Assembly: GCA_034661095.1 (NCBI GenBank) | Contig: JAYEKQ010000041.1 | Location: 1-34,109 of the forward strand | Direction: 5' to 3' | Source: Patescibacteria group bacterium | Lineage (GTDB): Bacteria; Patescibacteriota; Minisyncoccia; Minisyncoccales; PWPS01 | DNA length: 34,109 nt | Shown: positions 1-7,209 of the stretch, one piece after another | How the letters are laid out: each line of letters starts with the position of its first letter | Numbering within the stretch: the stretch's first letter is position 1 | Notes under the pieces: generated by a model | Told to the model about the DNA's origin: nothing | The model's input: the letters and a program-made list of their open reading frames with translations, nothing else | Databases searched by the model: none | Translations under genes and position numbers: made by a program

Positions 1-2
1 AT

Positions 3-719
3 GAAAAAGAAAATTTAGAAAAATTACAAAGAGAGTTTATTAAAAATTTCTCAAAATACGACAGCCAAACCCTCATCAATAAAGAATTTGAAAGAATCAT
101 GATTGAATTTTCATGGAAATCTTCAGTAATAGAAGGAAACACTTATTCGCTTTTGGGTACGGAAGCTTTGATAAAAAATAATGTTGTCGGAAAAGGAAAA
201 ACAAAAGAAGAAACTCAAATGATTCTTAATCATAAAGATGCGTTTAATGAAGCTATACAAAATAAAGAAAGATTTAGAAAATTAAATTATTCTGATATTG
301 AATATATCCATTCCGTTTTAACCAAGAAACTCGGGGTCGCTAAAAATATTAGAAACGCGCCAGTCGGAATTACCGGCACAAAGTATAAACCTTTAGATAA
401 TGATCACCAAATTAAGGAAGTAATACAGCAAATGACGGATCTGATTAATAAAAAGGAATCAATTTTTGAAAAAGCTTTTTTGGTTTTAATTCTTATTGCA
501 TATATTCAAATTTTTGAAGACGGAAACAAGCGAACTTCTCGTATGATTTCCAATGCTATTTTATTGGCATACAATTCAATTCCGCTTTCTTATAGAATCG
601 TGGATGTTGAAGAATATAAAAAAGCCGTTATATTGTTTTATGAAATCAATAACATTTCTTATTTTAAACAGATATTTATTGAACAGTTTGAAGACGCGGT
701 CAATAATTATTTTAAATAG
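3..719 (+). CDS. Fic/DOC-family protein, 5'-truncated by the window edge, with a degenerate active-site motif
   Basis: The frame stays open from nt 3 through M99. 'SSVIEGNTYSL' and 'QIFEDGNKRTSR' align to the Fic HxFx(D/E)GNGRxxR region, but His is replaced by Gln and the second Gly by Lys. Confidence 0.75.
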   Translation, partial: EKENLEKLQREFIKNFSKYDSQTLINKEFERIMIEFSWKSSVIEGNTYSLLGTEALIKNNVVGKGKTKEETQMILNHKDAFNEAIQNKERFRKLNYSDIEYIHSVLTKKLGVAKNIRNAPVGITGTKYKPLDNDHQIKEVIQQMTDLINKKESIFEKAFLVLILIAYIQIFEDGNKRTSRMISNAILLAYNSIPLSYRIVDVEEYKKAVILFYEINNISYFKQIFIEQFEDAVNNYFK

Positions 720-766
720 AATTATATGAACGAAGCAGAAGCAAGCCGGAGATTGCCGACTATATT

Positions 767-982
767 TTGGTATATGAAAAGCAAAAAGAATTTTTAGATT
801 TTGTATTGTCTAAATATGAAGAAAAAGGAGTTGAGGAGCTGGACGAAGAAAAATTGCCGGTATTGCTCAATTTAAAATATCACACAATCGCAAATGTAGA
901 ACAATCGCTTGGAAGCGTAGATAGTATTCGTTCAATATTCTTTGCTTTTCAGAAAAACCTGTATGCGAAAGCAAAAGTTTAA
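767..982 (+). pseudogene. Orphan fragment resembling the C-terminal domain of a type I restriction enzyme R subunit (EcoEI-R C-terminal type)
   Basis: This is a 71-codon ORF with a TTG start; the frame is open only from 716. 'KEFLDFVLSKYEEKGVEELDEEKLPVLLNLKYH...GSVDSIRSIFFAFQKNLY' matches my memory of HsdR C-terminal domains. No helicase or nuclease part is present. Confidence 0.4.
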
Positions 983-1046
983 GGTGGTACACCAACTTTA
1001 TTAGCACACTCTCAAACCCTGTCAAAAAAATCGAGTTTTTGATTTT

Positions 1047-1074
1047 ATGTCATAGGTGACACCTATGGCATTTT
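1047..1074 (+). terminator. Copy of the 25-nt palindromic terminator hairpin with one mismatch, followed by a T-run
   Basis: The sequence is ATGTCATAGGTGACACCTATGGCAT followed by TTTGTTT. Confidence 0.5.
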
Positions 1075-1112
1075 GTTTAAATTCCATTTGTTTCTCTGAG
1101 TTTCTTCTTTCT

Positions 1113-1320
1113 GTCATTCTGAACGAAGTGAAGAATCCCATCATTGTCCTTGTCATTCTGAGAGAGTGAAACGATCGAAGAATCCCTTCAGTTTGCAGAA
1201 ACCATGAGATTCTTCACTCCGCTACGCTCCGTTCAGAATGACAGAGAAGTGTCATTCTGAGCGAAGCGAAGAATCTGCAGTCCACAAGAGATTGCCACAG
1301 GCTAAAGCTTTCGCAATGAC
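1113..1320. repeat. Cluster of five GTCATTCTGA...GAAGAATC inverted-repeat half-units
   Basis: Units lie at 1113-1139, 1152-1186, 1206-1242 (inverted), 1251-1275 and 1289-1320 (inverted variant GAGATTGCC...GCAATGAC). ORFs 1238..1474(+) and 1252..1446(-) are read-through of these repeats. Confidence 0.85.
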
Positions 1321-1432
1321 GGTGAAATATCTTGAAATGTGTTTTTTTATTTGTGTCCACTTTTTGGGATACAGATTAATCATACCTGTGTTATTTTTTG
1401 TTTTTTTGTCTTGTGGTATAGTATGTTTAAAT

Positions 1433-1470
1433 AAAAAAATCACCAAGTCTTTAAACTACAGACTTGGTGA
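1433..1470 (-). terminator. Rho-independent terminator for the minus-strand pyrG and small-membrane-protein unit
   Basis: An 11-bp stem (TCACCAAGTCT/AGACTTGGTGA) with a 9-nt loop is followed on the minus strand by a T7 run (A1433-1439 on plus). Confidence 0.65.
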
Positions 1471-1485
1471 TTGAGAGAAATTCTC

Positions 1486-1710
1486 TTATTCTTTTTTTTC
1501 TTCCTCCCTTTTTGAAAAAAAAGATTTAAAAAACTTAAATAGACAAATTCCAACCAAAAAAGATGCAACAAAAAATGCAATTTTTATAAGTTGCCAGATG
1601 ATCCTAAGACTCTCTTCATTCAGTTGCCACTGAGCTAATAAATATAAGAGTCCTACCAAAATAGCCAATAGGCTAACATCTATTAAGGCAATTATTGTTG
1701 ACTTTTTCAT
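1486..1710 (-). CDS. Small membrane protein with two predicted TM helices and a charged C-terminus
   Basis: This 74-aa ORF is hydrophobic. It sits directly downstream of pyrG on the same strand and upstream of the terminator. Confidence 0.55.
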   Translation of the reverse strand: MKKSTIIALIDVSLLAILVGLLYLLAQWQLNEESLRIIWQLIKIAFFVASFLVGICLFKFFKSFFSKREEEKKE

Positions 1711-1798
1711 CCCCCCTCCTTTTTAAGGTTTATAAAAAATTGAACTATTCGCAATGATAACATTAAAATAATATTTGTCAAGCTATTTGATACTTATG

Positions 1799-3433
1799 TT
1801 AATTTTTACAAGTTTTTAGAAATTCTGTAAAAATAGGGTGAGGATCTAAAGGGCGAGCTTTAAACTCTGGGTGGAACTGAGTGCCCATAAAAAATGGATG
1901 AGTTTTTTTGCTTAATTCAACTATTTCCATCAGTCTTTGATTAGGGGATGTTCCGGAGAAAATTAAATCTTTTGAAGTTAGTTTTTTAATAAAATCTGGA
2001 TTAACTTCAAATCGGTGTCGATGTCTTTCAGAAATTTTTTCTTTTCCATAAGCTTTTCTTGCAATGGTCCCTTTCCTTAAAATTGCAGGATAAGCTCCTA
2101 GACGCATTGTTCCTCCGTAATTATTCTTCTTCATTAATTCTTTTTGTTCTGGCATTATATCAATTACTGGATATTTAGTTTTAGGATCAATTTCAACTGT
2201 GTGAGCTTCTTTCATTCCTAAAACATTTCTAGCATATTCAATAACAGCTAACTGCATTCCGTAGCAAAGCCCTAAAAATGGAACTTTATTTTCTCGCGCA
2301 TATTTTATTACTTTTAACTTTCCATCAACTCCTGAAGAGCCAAAACCTCCTGGGATTATTATTCCATCATATTTTTTAAGTGAAGTTAATTTAATTTTTT
2401 CCTGTTCAAAGTCTTTTGAATTTAACCAGTGAATTTTAGGTTTACAGTTAATTTTATAACAAGAAAATTTAATGGCTTCAATTACTGAGATATAAGCGTC
2501 GGAAAGCATAAAATCGCCTGAGTCAAAATATTTTCCGATTATAGCAATATTTAATTCTTTACCACCATTATGAGTTTTTTTAACAAAATTCTTCCAACTG
2601 GTTAAATCTGATTTTTTAACTTGCTTTTCTAATTCTAATTTTTCAATAATAGAATCGCTAATTTTATCTTTTTCAAAATTAAGAGGAACATCATAAATAG
2701 AATTTACATCTGGAGCCGAAATAACATTTTCAGATTTTATATTACAAAATAAAGCAATTTTTTCTTTCCTTTTTTTATCTAAAGAAACATCTGATCGAGC
2801 AACTAAAATATCTGGATTAATTCCTGTTGCGTTTAAATTTCTAACAGCATGTTGCGTAGGTTTAGTCTTCATTTCTCCTATTTTATCAGGAATGGGGAGG
2901 TAAGAAAGCATTACATACATTACATTTTGAGGACATTTATTCTTTAATATTCTAGCGGCTTCTAAAAATAAAATATTTTCATACTCTCCTACTGTTCCAC
3001 CGATTTCTATCACAGTCACATCAGCCTCAGCAAGTTTTGCTGCTTTTTCTATTCGTCCTATTATTTCTAAAGGCACATGGGGAACTACTTGTACACATTT
3101 TCCTTTATATCCAAGATTTCTTTCTCTCTCAATTACTGAACGATAAACTCTTCCAGTAGTCATATAATTAATATTCGGTAAAGTGACATTTAAAAAACGC
3201 TCATAATTAAGCATATCTTGATCAGTTTCATAACCGTCATTTAAAACCGCTACTTCACCATGTTCTGTGGGATTCATAGTTCCAGCGTCTACATTTACAT
3301 AAGGGTCTATTTTAATGGCTGTAACTTTTAATCCTCTTCCTTGTAGAATTTTTCCGATAGAAGAAGTGGTAATTCCTTTTCCAATTCCTGACATTACTCC
3401 TCCCATTACGAAGATATATTTGTGATTTTTCAT
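1799..3433 (-). CDS. pyrG: CTP synthase
   Basis: The 544-aa ORF has an N-terminal 'GGVMSGIGKG' synthase P-loop and a C-terminal glutamine amidotransferase domain ('GLCYGMQ', 'HRHRFEVN'). Confidence 0.97.
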   Translation of the reverse strand: MKNHKYIFVMGGVMSGIGKGITTSSIGKILQGRGLKVTAIKIDPYVNVDAGTMNPTEHGEVAVLNDGYETDQDMLNYERFLNVTLPNINYMTTGRVYRSVIERERNLGYKGKCVQVVPHVPLEIIGRIEKAAKLAEADVTVIEIGGTVGEYENILFLEAARILKNKCPQNVMYVMLSYLPIPDKIGEMKTKPTQHAVRNLNATGINPDILVARSDVSLDKKRKEKIALFCNIKSENVISAPDVNSIYDVPLNFEKDKISDSIIEKLELEKQVKKSDLTSWKNFVKKTHNGGKELNIAIIGKYFDSGDFMLSDAYISVIEAIKFSCYKINCKPKIHWLNSKDFEQEKIKLTSLKKYDGIIIPGGFGSSGVDGKLKVIKYARENKVPFLGLCYGMQLAVIEYARNVLGMKEAHTVEIDPKTKYPVIDIMPEQKELMKKNNYGGTMRLGAYPAILRKGTIARKAYGKEKISERHRHRFEVNPDFIKKLTSKDLIFSGTSPNQRLMEIVELSKKTHPFFMGTQFHPEFKARPLDPHPIFTEFLKTCKN

Positions 3434-3532
3434 TTTTAAATTGTCTATATTTATAAAATAATTTAAGAAACAAAATCTCTTAAATTAACTATAGTTATTT
3501 TAACTTATTAAAACAAAAAATACCAATTTACC

Positions 3533-3685
3533 GTTGACTTCCGAAATCAACAACAGTCAACAAATGTATTCTGTCATTCTGAACAAAGCGAAGAATCCCG
3601 CTATTCTTTCAATGCAGTGAGATTCTTCGGCTATCGCCTCAGAATGACAGTAAGATGCTTGTTGACTTCCAAAGTCAACAAACAG
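3533..3685. repeat. GTCATTCTGA/GAAGAATC inverted-repeat element flanked by imperfect ~24-nt direct repeats
   Basis: The left arm is 3573-3599 and the right arm is 3619-3648 (+AGTAAGATG). The flanks are GTTGACTTCCGAAATCAACAACAG (3533-3556) and GTTGACTTCCAAAGTCAACAAACAG (3661-3685), each itself a small hairpin. Confidence 0.8.
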
Positions 3686-3783
3686 TGATTTAATGGGAAA
3701 TAAAGGGAAAGCGATTACAATAACTTGATAGAATAAATATAGGAAAGGGATTTTGGATAAATCAATGAAAACCTCAAAACAAA

Positions 3784-3811
3784 GGCAGGCATATTTTCTG
3801 CCGGCTTTTTT
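3784..3811. terminator. Orphan terminator-like hairpin with no convincing upstream ORF
   Basis: A GGCAG/CTGCC stem is followed by GGCTTTTTT and preceded by an A-rich tract. Only micro-ORFs lie upstream. Confidence 0.3.
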
Positions 3812-3892
3812 AATTAACTAAAACTTTATAATTGTAGTTTATTAAGATATAATAAAAAAATAACTGTGGCGACTGAATATTTTAACTTTAAT

Positions 3893-4099
3893 ATGAATAA
3901 ACATCTCTCTTTGATTTTAAGGAAAACTATAGGAGTTATCCTTATCATACTTGGTTTGATCGGAGGACTTATTCCGATACCACTCGTTCCTTTCTTTCTG
4001 CTTATTTTTGTTGGTCTTTCTCTTTTTGGAGTCAAAAAAGAAACAGTAGAAAAAGTTAAATTAAAAAAAGAAGAGTTTATAAAAAAGATTTTTAAATAA
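3893..4099 (+). CDS. Small membrane protein, possibly PGPGW-like
   Basis: A hydrophobic core 'GVILIILGLIGGLIPIPLVPFFLLIFVGLSLFG' is followed by a Lys-rich tail. I prefer the ATG at 3893 to the GTG at 3866. The overlapping antisense ORF 3826..4131 looks spurious. Confidence 0.55.
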   Translation: MNKHLSLILRKTIGVILIILGLIGGLIPIPLVPFFLLIFVGLSLFGVKKETVEKVKLKKEEFIKKIFK

Positions 4100-4176
4100 A
4101 AAAAACAAAACAATTTTAATATTTTTACCAATGATTAATATGACAAAAAAAACATATAAAGATATAGAGTAGAATT

Positions 4177-4884
4177 ATGAATTACAATAATTTTATAAAA
4201 AGTGAGTTAAAAAGTAGGGCGGATGAAGAAAGGAGAAAGACTTCTCAGTATTTTTTTAAGACAGGAAAAGGAGAGTATGGAGAAGGTGATGTTTTTTTAG
4301 GGGTTACTGTTCCCGATTCAAGAAAAATAGCTAAGAAATATAGTGGTATAAGTCTAAGAGAGTTGATCGGAGTACTCCACTCAAAAATTCATGAAGAAAG
4401 ATTTGTTGCTCTTTTGATTTTAATAAATAAATTTGAAAAAGGGTCAGATAGAGAAAAAGAAGAAGCAGTTAAATTTTATCTTGATAATTTAAAATGGATA
4501 AACAATTGGGATCTCGTAGATGTTTCGGCATATAAGATATTAGGAAGTTATCTTTTTGACAAAGATAAAGATGTTCTTTATAATCTAGTTGTCTCAGAAA
4601 ATCTTTGGGAAAGAAGAATTGCAATTATATCAACACTTCACTTTATCAAAAATAACAGTTTCACTGATACCTTTCAAATTTCAGAAATACTTTTGGAAGA
4701 CGATCACGATCTGATCCACAAAGCAGTTGGGTGGATGCTAAGAGAAGTTGGAAATAAATCTTTGCAAACAGAGGTTAAGTTTTTAAATAAATATTATAAA
4801 AAGATGCCACGAACGATGCTTCGCTATGCAGTTGAAAAATTTCCTGAAGATCTTCGGTTAAAATACTTAAAAGGAGAAGTTTAA
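4177..4884 (+). CDS. DNA alkylation repair protein (AlkC/AlkD-like HEAT-repeat family)
   Basis: The 235-aa ORF has the family-typical features 'FFKTGKGEYGEGDVFLGV..P..RKIAKKY', 'WINNWDLVD' and 'VGWMLRE'. Confidence 0.8.
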   Translation: MNYNNFIKSELKSRADEERRKTSQYFFKTGKGEYGEGDVFLGVTVPDSRKIAKKYSGISLRELIGVLHSKIHEERFVALLILINKFEKGSDREKEEAVKFYLDNLKWINNWDLVDVSAYKILGSYLFDKDKDVLYNLVVSENLWERRIAIISTLHFIKNNSFTDTFQISEILLEDDHDLIHKAVGWMLREVGNKSLQTEVKFLNKYYKKMPRTMLRYAVEKFPEDLRLKYLKGEV

Positions 4885-4895
4885 TATATATTAAA

Positions 4896-5318
4896 ATGGC
4901 TAAAATTATTAAAAATTCTTTTTTAAAAACATTAAATGGTTTTGCAAAACTAATACCAGTTATTATTAGTGTTATTCTTTTTATTAGCTTAATTATTGCC
5001 GTAGTTCCAAAAAGTTTTTATTCAAAAATTTTTACTGGAAACATTGCACTAGACTCTCTAACTGCTGGAATTTTAGGAAGTATAAGTGTTGGTAATCCTA
5101 TGGTTAGTTATATTATTGGAGGAGAGATATTGGCAGAGAGGGTAAATTTAATCGCTATTACTGTCTTTCTTTTAACTTGGATTAGTGTTGGAGTTGTTGG
5201 ACTGCCCGTTGAAATAAAAGCACTAGGGAAGAGGTTTGCAATAACGAGAAACATTCTTAGTTTTCTAACAGCATTTATTATTGCTGGTTTGACGGTTTTG
5301 ACGATATCTTTTTTATGA
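4896..5318 (+). CDS. Putative permease subunit, first of two adjacent membrane proteins
   Basis: This 140-aa polytopic hydrophobic ORF has a stop that overlaps the next start (ATGA). The family assignment is uncertain. Confidence 0.6.
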   Translation: MAKIIKNSFLKTLNGFAKLIPVIISVILFISLIIAVVPKSFYSKIFTGNIALDSLTAGILGSISVGNPMVSYIIGGEILAERVNLIAITVFLLTWISVGVVGLPVEIKALGKRFAITRNILSFLTAFIIAGLTVLTISFL

Positions 5319-5845
5319 TTAAAAAAAACAAAAAAAGAATAAACGGAACATATTTTTTTATTACTATTGTTCTTTTCTCTTACTTGATTTTATTTCTAAC
5401 AAATAACACTTTATTTAATAAATCTTTGGAGCAATTTTTTAGTATTGTTAAAGAGATTACCCCGTTATTTATTATTGTTTTTGTTTTAATGTTTGTTTTT
5501 AATTTGTTTTTAACCGAAAAAAGAGTAGCAAAAATTCTTGGAGAAAGCGCAGGAGCAAAGGGTTGGTTAATATCAATAATAGGAGGTATTTTATCAATGG
5601 GTCCTGTTTATATATGGTATCCTCTTTTAAGTGATCTTCAAAAAAAGGGAATGAAAAACTCTTTTATCGTTACTTTTCTTTACAACAGGGCGATCAAACT
5701 TCCTCTTCTTCCTATGATGGCCTACTATTTTGGGGTTCTTTTCGCTGTAGTTCTTACTTCTTATATGATTATCTTTTCTATTATTAATGGTTTATTAGTT
5801 AATAAATTTTTAAAATATGAAAATAGCAATAGCAGTAAACAATAA
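5315..5845 (+). CDS. Putative permease subunit, second of the pair
   Basis: This 176-aa polytopic hydrophobic ORF is translationally coupled to the preceding ORF. Confidence 0.6.
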   Translation: MIKKNKKRINGTYFFITIVLFSYLILFLTNNTLFNKSLEQFFSIVKEITPLFIIVFVLMFVFNLFLTEKRVAKILGESAGAKGWLISIIGGILSMGPVYIWYPLLSDLQKKGMKNSFIVTFLYNRAIKLPLLPMMAYYFGVLFAVVLTSYMIIFSIINGLLVNKFLKYENSNSSKQ

Positions 5846-6134
5846 GGATCAAAATTCACAAATAAGTGAGAGGGCTGGACGCGCCTCCCACTACCTAATA
5901 TTTGACGAGAAGGGGAAAGCGCTAGGAGATATTTCTAATCCTTTTCTTGAAGAGAGAGGTGGCGCGGGGACTGCTACCGCTGAAATGCTCGCTGACAAAG
6001 GAATATCCGTTGTAATTGCTGGTGATTTTGGAAGAAAAATGACAGACGCTTTGGAAAACAGGGGTGTTAGGTATTATAAAGAAGAAGGATCTGTTGAGGA
6101 AGTTTTGAAAAAAGTTACTATATTCAAAAAATAA
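5817..6134 (+). CDS. NifX/NifB-like protein (dinitrogenase iron-molybdenum cofactor biosynthesis domain family)
   Basis: 'MKIAIAV...ISERAGRASHYLIFD...GGAGTATAEMLADKGISVVIAGDFG..M...L...G' is typical of this small domain family. The ORF overlaps the upstream ORF by 29 nt. Confidence 0.75.
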   Translation: MKIAIAVNNKDQNSQISERAGRASHYLIFDEKGKALGDISNPFLEERGGAGTATAEMLADKGISVVIAGDFGRKMTDALENRGVRYYKEEGSVEEVLKKVTIFKK

Positions 6135-6164
6135 ATGCCATAGGTGTCACCTATGGCATTTTGT
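6135..6164 (+). terminator. 25-nt palindromic terminator hairpin plus T-rich tail
   Basis: ATGCCATAGGTGTCACCTATGGCAT (6135-6159) starts one nt after the TAA stop and is followed by TTTGTTTTC. Confidence 0.7.
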
Positions 6165-6188
6165 TTTCTTTTAATTAGAGCTGTTTTT

Positions 6189-6197
6189 TGGTATAAT
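6189..6197 (+). promoter_or_regulatory. Candidate extended -10 promoter (TGGTATAAT) for the methyltransferase gene
   Basis: This is a TGnTATAAT match 79 nt upstream of ATG 6276. An AT-rich background raises the false-positive risk. Confidence 0.3.
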
Positions 6198-6275
6198 TCT
6201 TTTATGGAAGAATTTGAAACAACATATATAAATATAGAGAATTGATTATAAAAAAGAATTAAAATAATTATTACA

Positions 6276-6983
6276 ATGAGTATATACGATAAAAAAATGA
6301 CAGAGCAGTATTATGAAACAGTTGGCGATGATTTTAACAAGAATGAAGATACTGATTTTCAGAAAAGATTTAATGAACTCTTTTACTCTCAAAAGGTAGA
6401 AAATAAAAATGTTCTTGATCTTGGTTGTGGAAACGGAAGATATGCAGAATTTTTTTGCAGGAAACAAGCAAAAAAAGTTGTTGGGACAGATTTTAATGAC
6501 TCAATGATAGATTTAGCAAATAAAAGAAAAAAAGAGAAACAACTTAAACAGATGGAAGTAATAAAAGCAGATATGAACGATATGGAGACTAAAGAAGGAG
6601 CGTTTGATTTTATATTTTCTTACTTCAGCTTGGTTCACGCAGAAGATATTGAGAAAGTTATGAGTGACTTAGGAAGAATGCTCTTTGTTGGTGGTGAGAT
6701 TTTAATTGCAACTAGCATTATTCTTCCTTCTGGTGAAGAAAAAATTAAAGAGCTACCAAGAAAGTCAGTTCCAGTAATCATAAACATTAACGATAAAGAA
6801 GTAAAAGTAGATGATTTTATCTATACTACTGAAGAGTACAAATCAGCAGTTGAGAAATCGGGACTAAAAATTGAAATAATGGAAGAATTTTCAACAGAAG
6901 AAATATCGATTGATCCGTCTTTCCCAAATAAAGATGCTTTTAATCTTAAATACTGTATAATTAAAGCAAAGAGGGGGGTATAG
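6276..6983 (+). CDS. Class I SAM-dependent methyltransferase
   Basis: It has motif I 'VLDLGCGNGRY', an acidic 'GTDFN' post-I motif and a 'FDFIFS' motif. The TAG stop lies inside the left terminus of the downstream palindromic element. Confidence 0.85.
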   Translation: MSIYDKKMTEQYYETVGDDFNKNEDTDFQKRFNELFYSQKVENKNVLDLGCGNGRYAEFFCRKQAKKVVGTDFNDSMIDLANKRKKEKQLKQMEVIKADMNDMETKEGAFDFIFSYFSLVHAEDIEKVMSDLGRMLFVGGEILIATSIILPSGEEKIKELPRKSVPVIININDKEVKVDDFIYTTEEYKSAVEKSGLKIEIMEEFSTEEISIDPSFPNKDAFNLKYCIIKAKRGV

Positions 6984-7122
6984 GATCCGAACCAAACAAT
7001 CTTTAGAAGTTGATAAATGAGTTGATTTCAAGAAACGACGACGAAAGTGATTTATTTATCAGCTTTCCACAACTAAAATTGATTTCGCTAAAGATTATTT
7101 GGTTCGAATCCCGCACCCTTAA
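6975..7122 (+). mobile_element. 148-nt short member of the nested-palindrome (TAAGGGT...ACCCTTA) element family
   Basis: The right terminus is CTAAAGATTATTTGGTTCGAATCCCGCACCCTTAA (7088-7122), with a degenerate left terminus at 6975-7006. The internal hairpin arms are GAAGTTGATAAATGAGTTGATTTC and ATTTATTTATCAGCTTTC, with the ACGACGACGAAAG box at 7035-7047. The interior is near-identical to the minus-strand 5' part of the 12150-12553 element. Confidence 0.8.
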
Positions 7123-7140
7123 GCAAATCTAAAAAATCTC

Positions 7141-7168
7141 TTGACAAAAAAAATTATGGGTATATACT
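7141..7168 (+). promoter_or_regulatory. Candidate sigma-70-type promoter for the DUF5320/DUF134 genes
   Basis: TTGACA (7141-7146), a 16-nt spacer and TATACT (7163-7168), about 40 nt upstream of ATG 7210. Confidence 0.45.
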
Positions 7169-7209
7169 TATAATATAAAGGTCGGATTACTAACCAATAT
7201 TAAAAATAT

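Noticed and set aside
1238-1474. ORFs 1238..1474(+) and 1252..1446(-), and likewise 22848..23051(+).
   Set aside because: They are translations of the GTCATTCTGA/GAAGAATC repeats (CHSERSEES-type peptides) and of a terminator hairpin. They are mutually antisense, with no coding signal.
3686-3783. The purine-rich tract GGGAAATAAAGGGAAAGCG...ATAGGAAAGGGATTTT before an orphan hairpin looked like a possible riboswitch for the downstream small membrane protein.
   Set aside because: There are no complementary pyrimidine tracts to form an aptamer-like fold. It has no resemblance to the fluoride, guanidine or other riboswitch consensus sequences I can recall. The hairpin stem is only 5 bp. It is kept only as a low-confidence terminator feature.
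3826-4131. Long antisense or overlapping ORFs from the track. These include 3826..4131(-), 6246..6467(-), 7220..7510(-), 10291..10530(+), 10841..11081 (both strands), 11532..11778(+), 13385..13930, 16133..16330(-), 16747..16962(-), 17299..17565(-), 18336..18558(-), 18726..18926(-), 19763..19969(+), 20756..21085(+), 22440..22625(+), 24054..24528(-), 25256..25599(-), 25961..26176(-), 26911..27417(-), 29640..30212(-) and 32902..33358(-).
   Set aside because: Each overlaps a longer ORF with clear family motifs on the other strand or frame. Their low-complexity Leu/Phe/Ser/Lys-rich composition is typical of antisense frames in AT-rich genes. None shows a recognisable motif.
7031-7060. AAC GAC GAC GAA in the element loop resembles the start of a tmRNA tag reading frame (ANDE...).
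   Set aside because: No resume-codon context exists and no hydrophobic ..LAA-type tag end is present; the frames end as NDDER* or TTTKGSDSYIEEE*. There is no tRNA-like domain with a GGGG 5' end or CCA-proximal acceptor. The box is also repeated three or four times within a repeat family.
7088-7122. GGTTCGAATCCCGCACCCTTA looks like a tRNA T-arm plus acceptor 3' end. The same is seen at 12531-12553, at 12150-12172 on the other strand, and at 21863-21894.
   Set aside because: The five nt upstream of the TTCGAAT loop do not pair with the five nt downstream, so there is no T-stem. No D-arm or anticodon arm can be drawn, and the sequence instead pairs perfectly with the opposite terminus of the repeat element. 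I treat these as element termini, possibly tRNA-derived, and not as tRNA genes. No other tRNA, rRNA, tmRNA, RNase P or SRP RNA signature was recognised by eye, but a tRNAscan or Infernal run would be needed to be sure.
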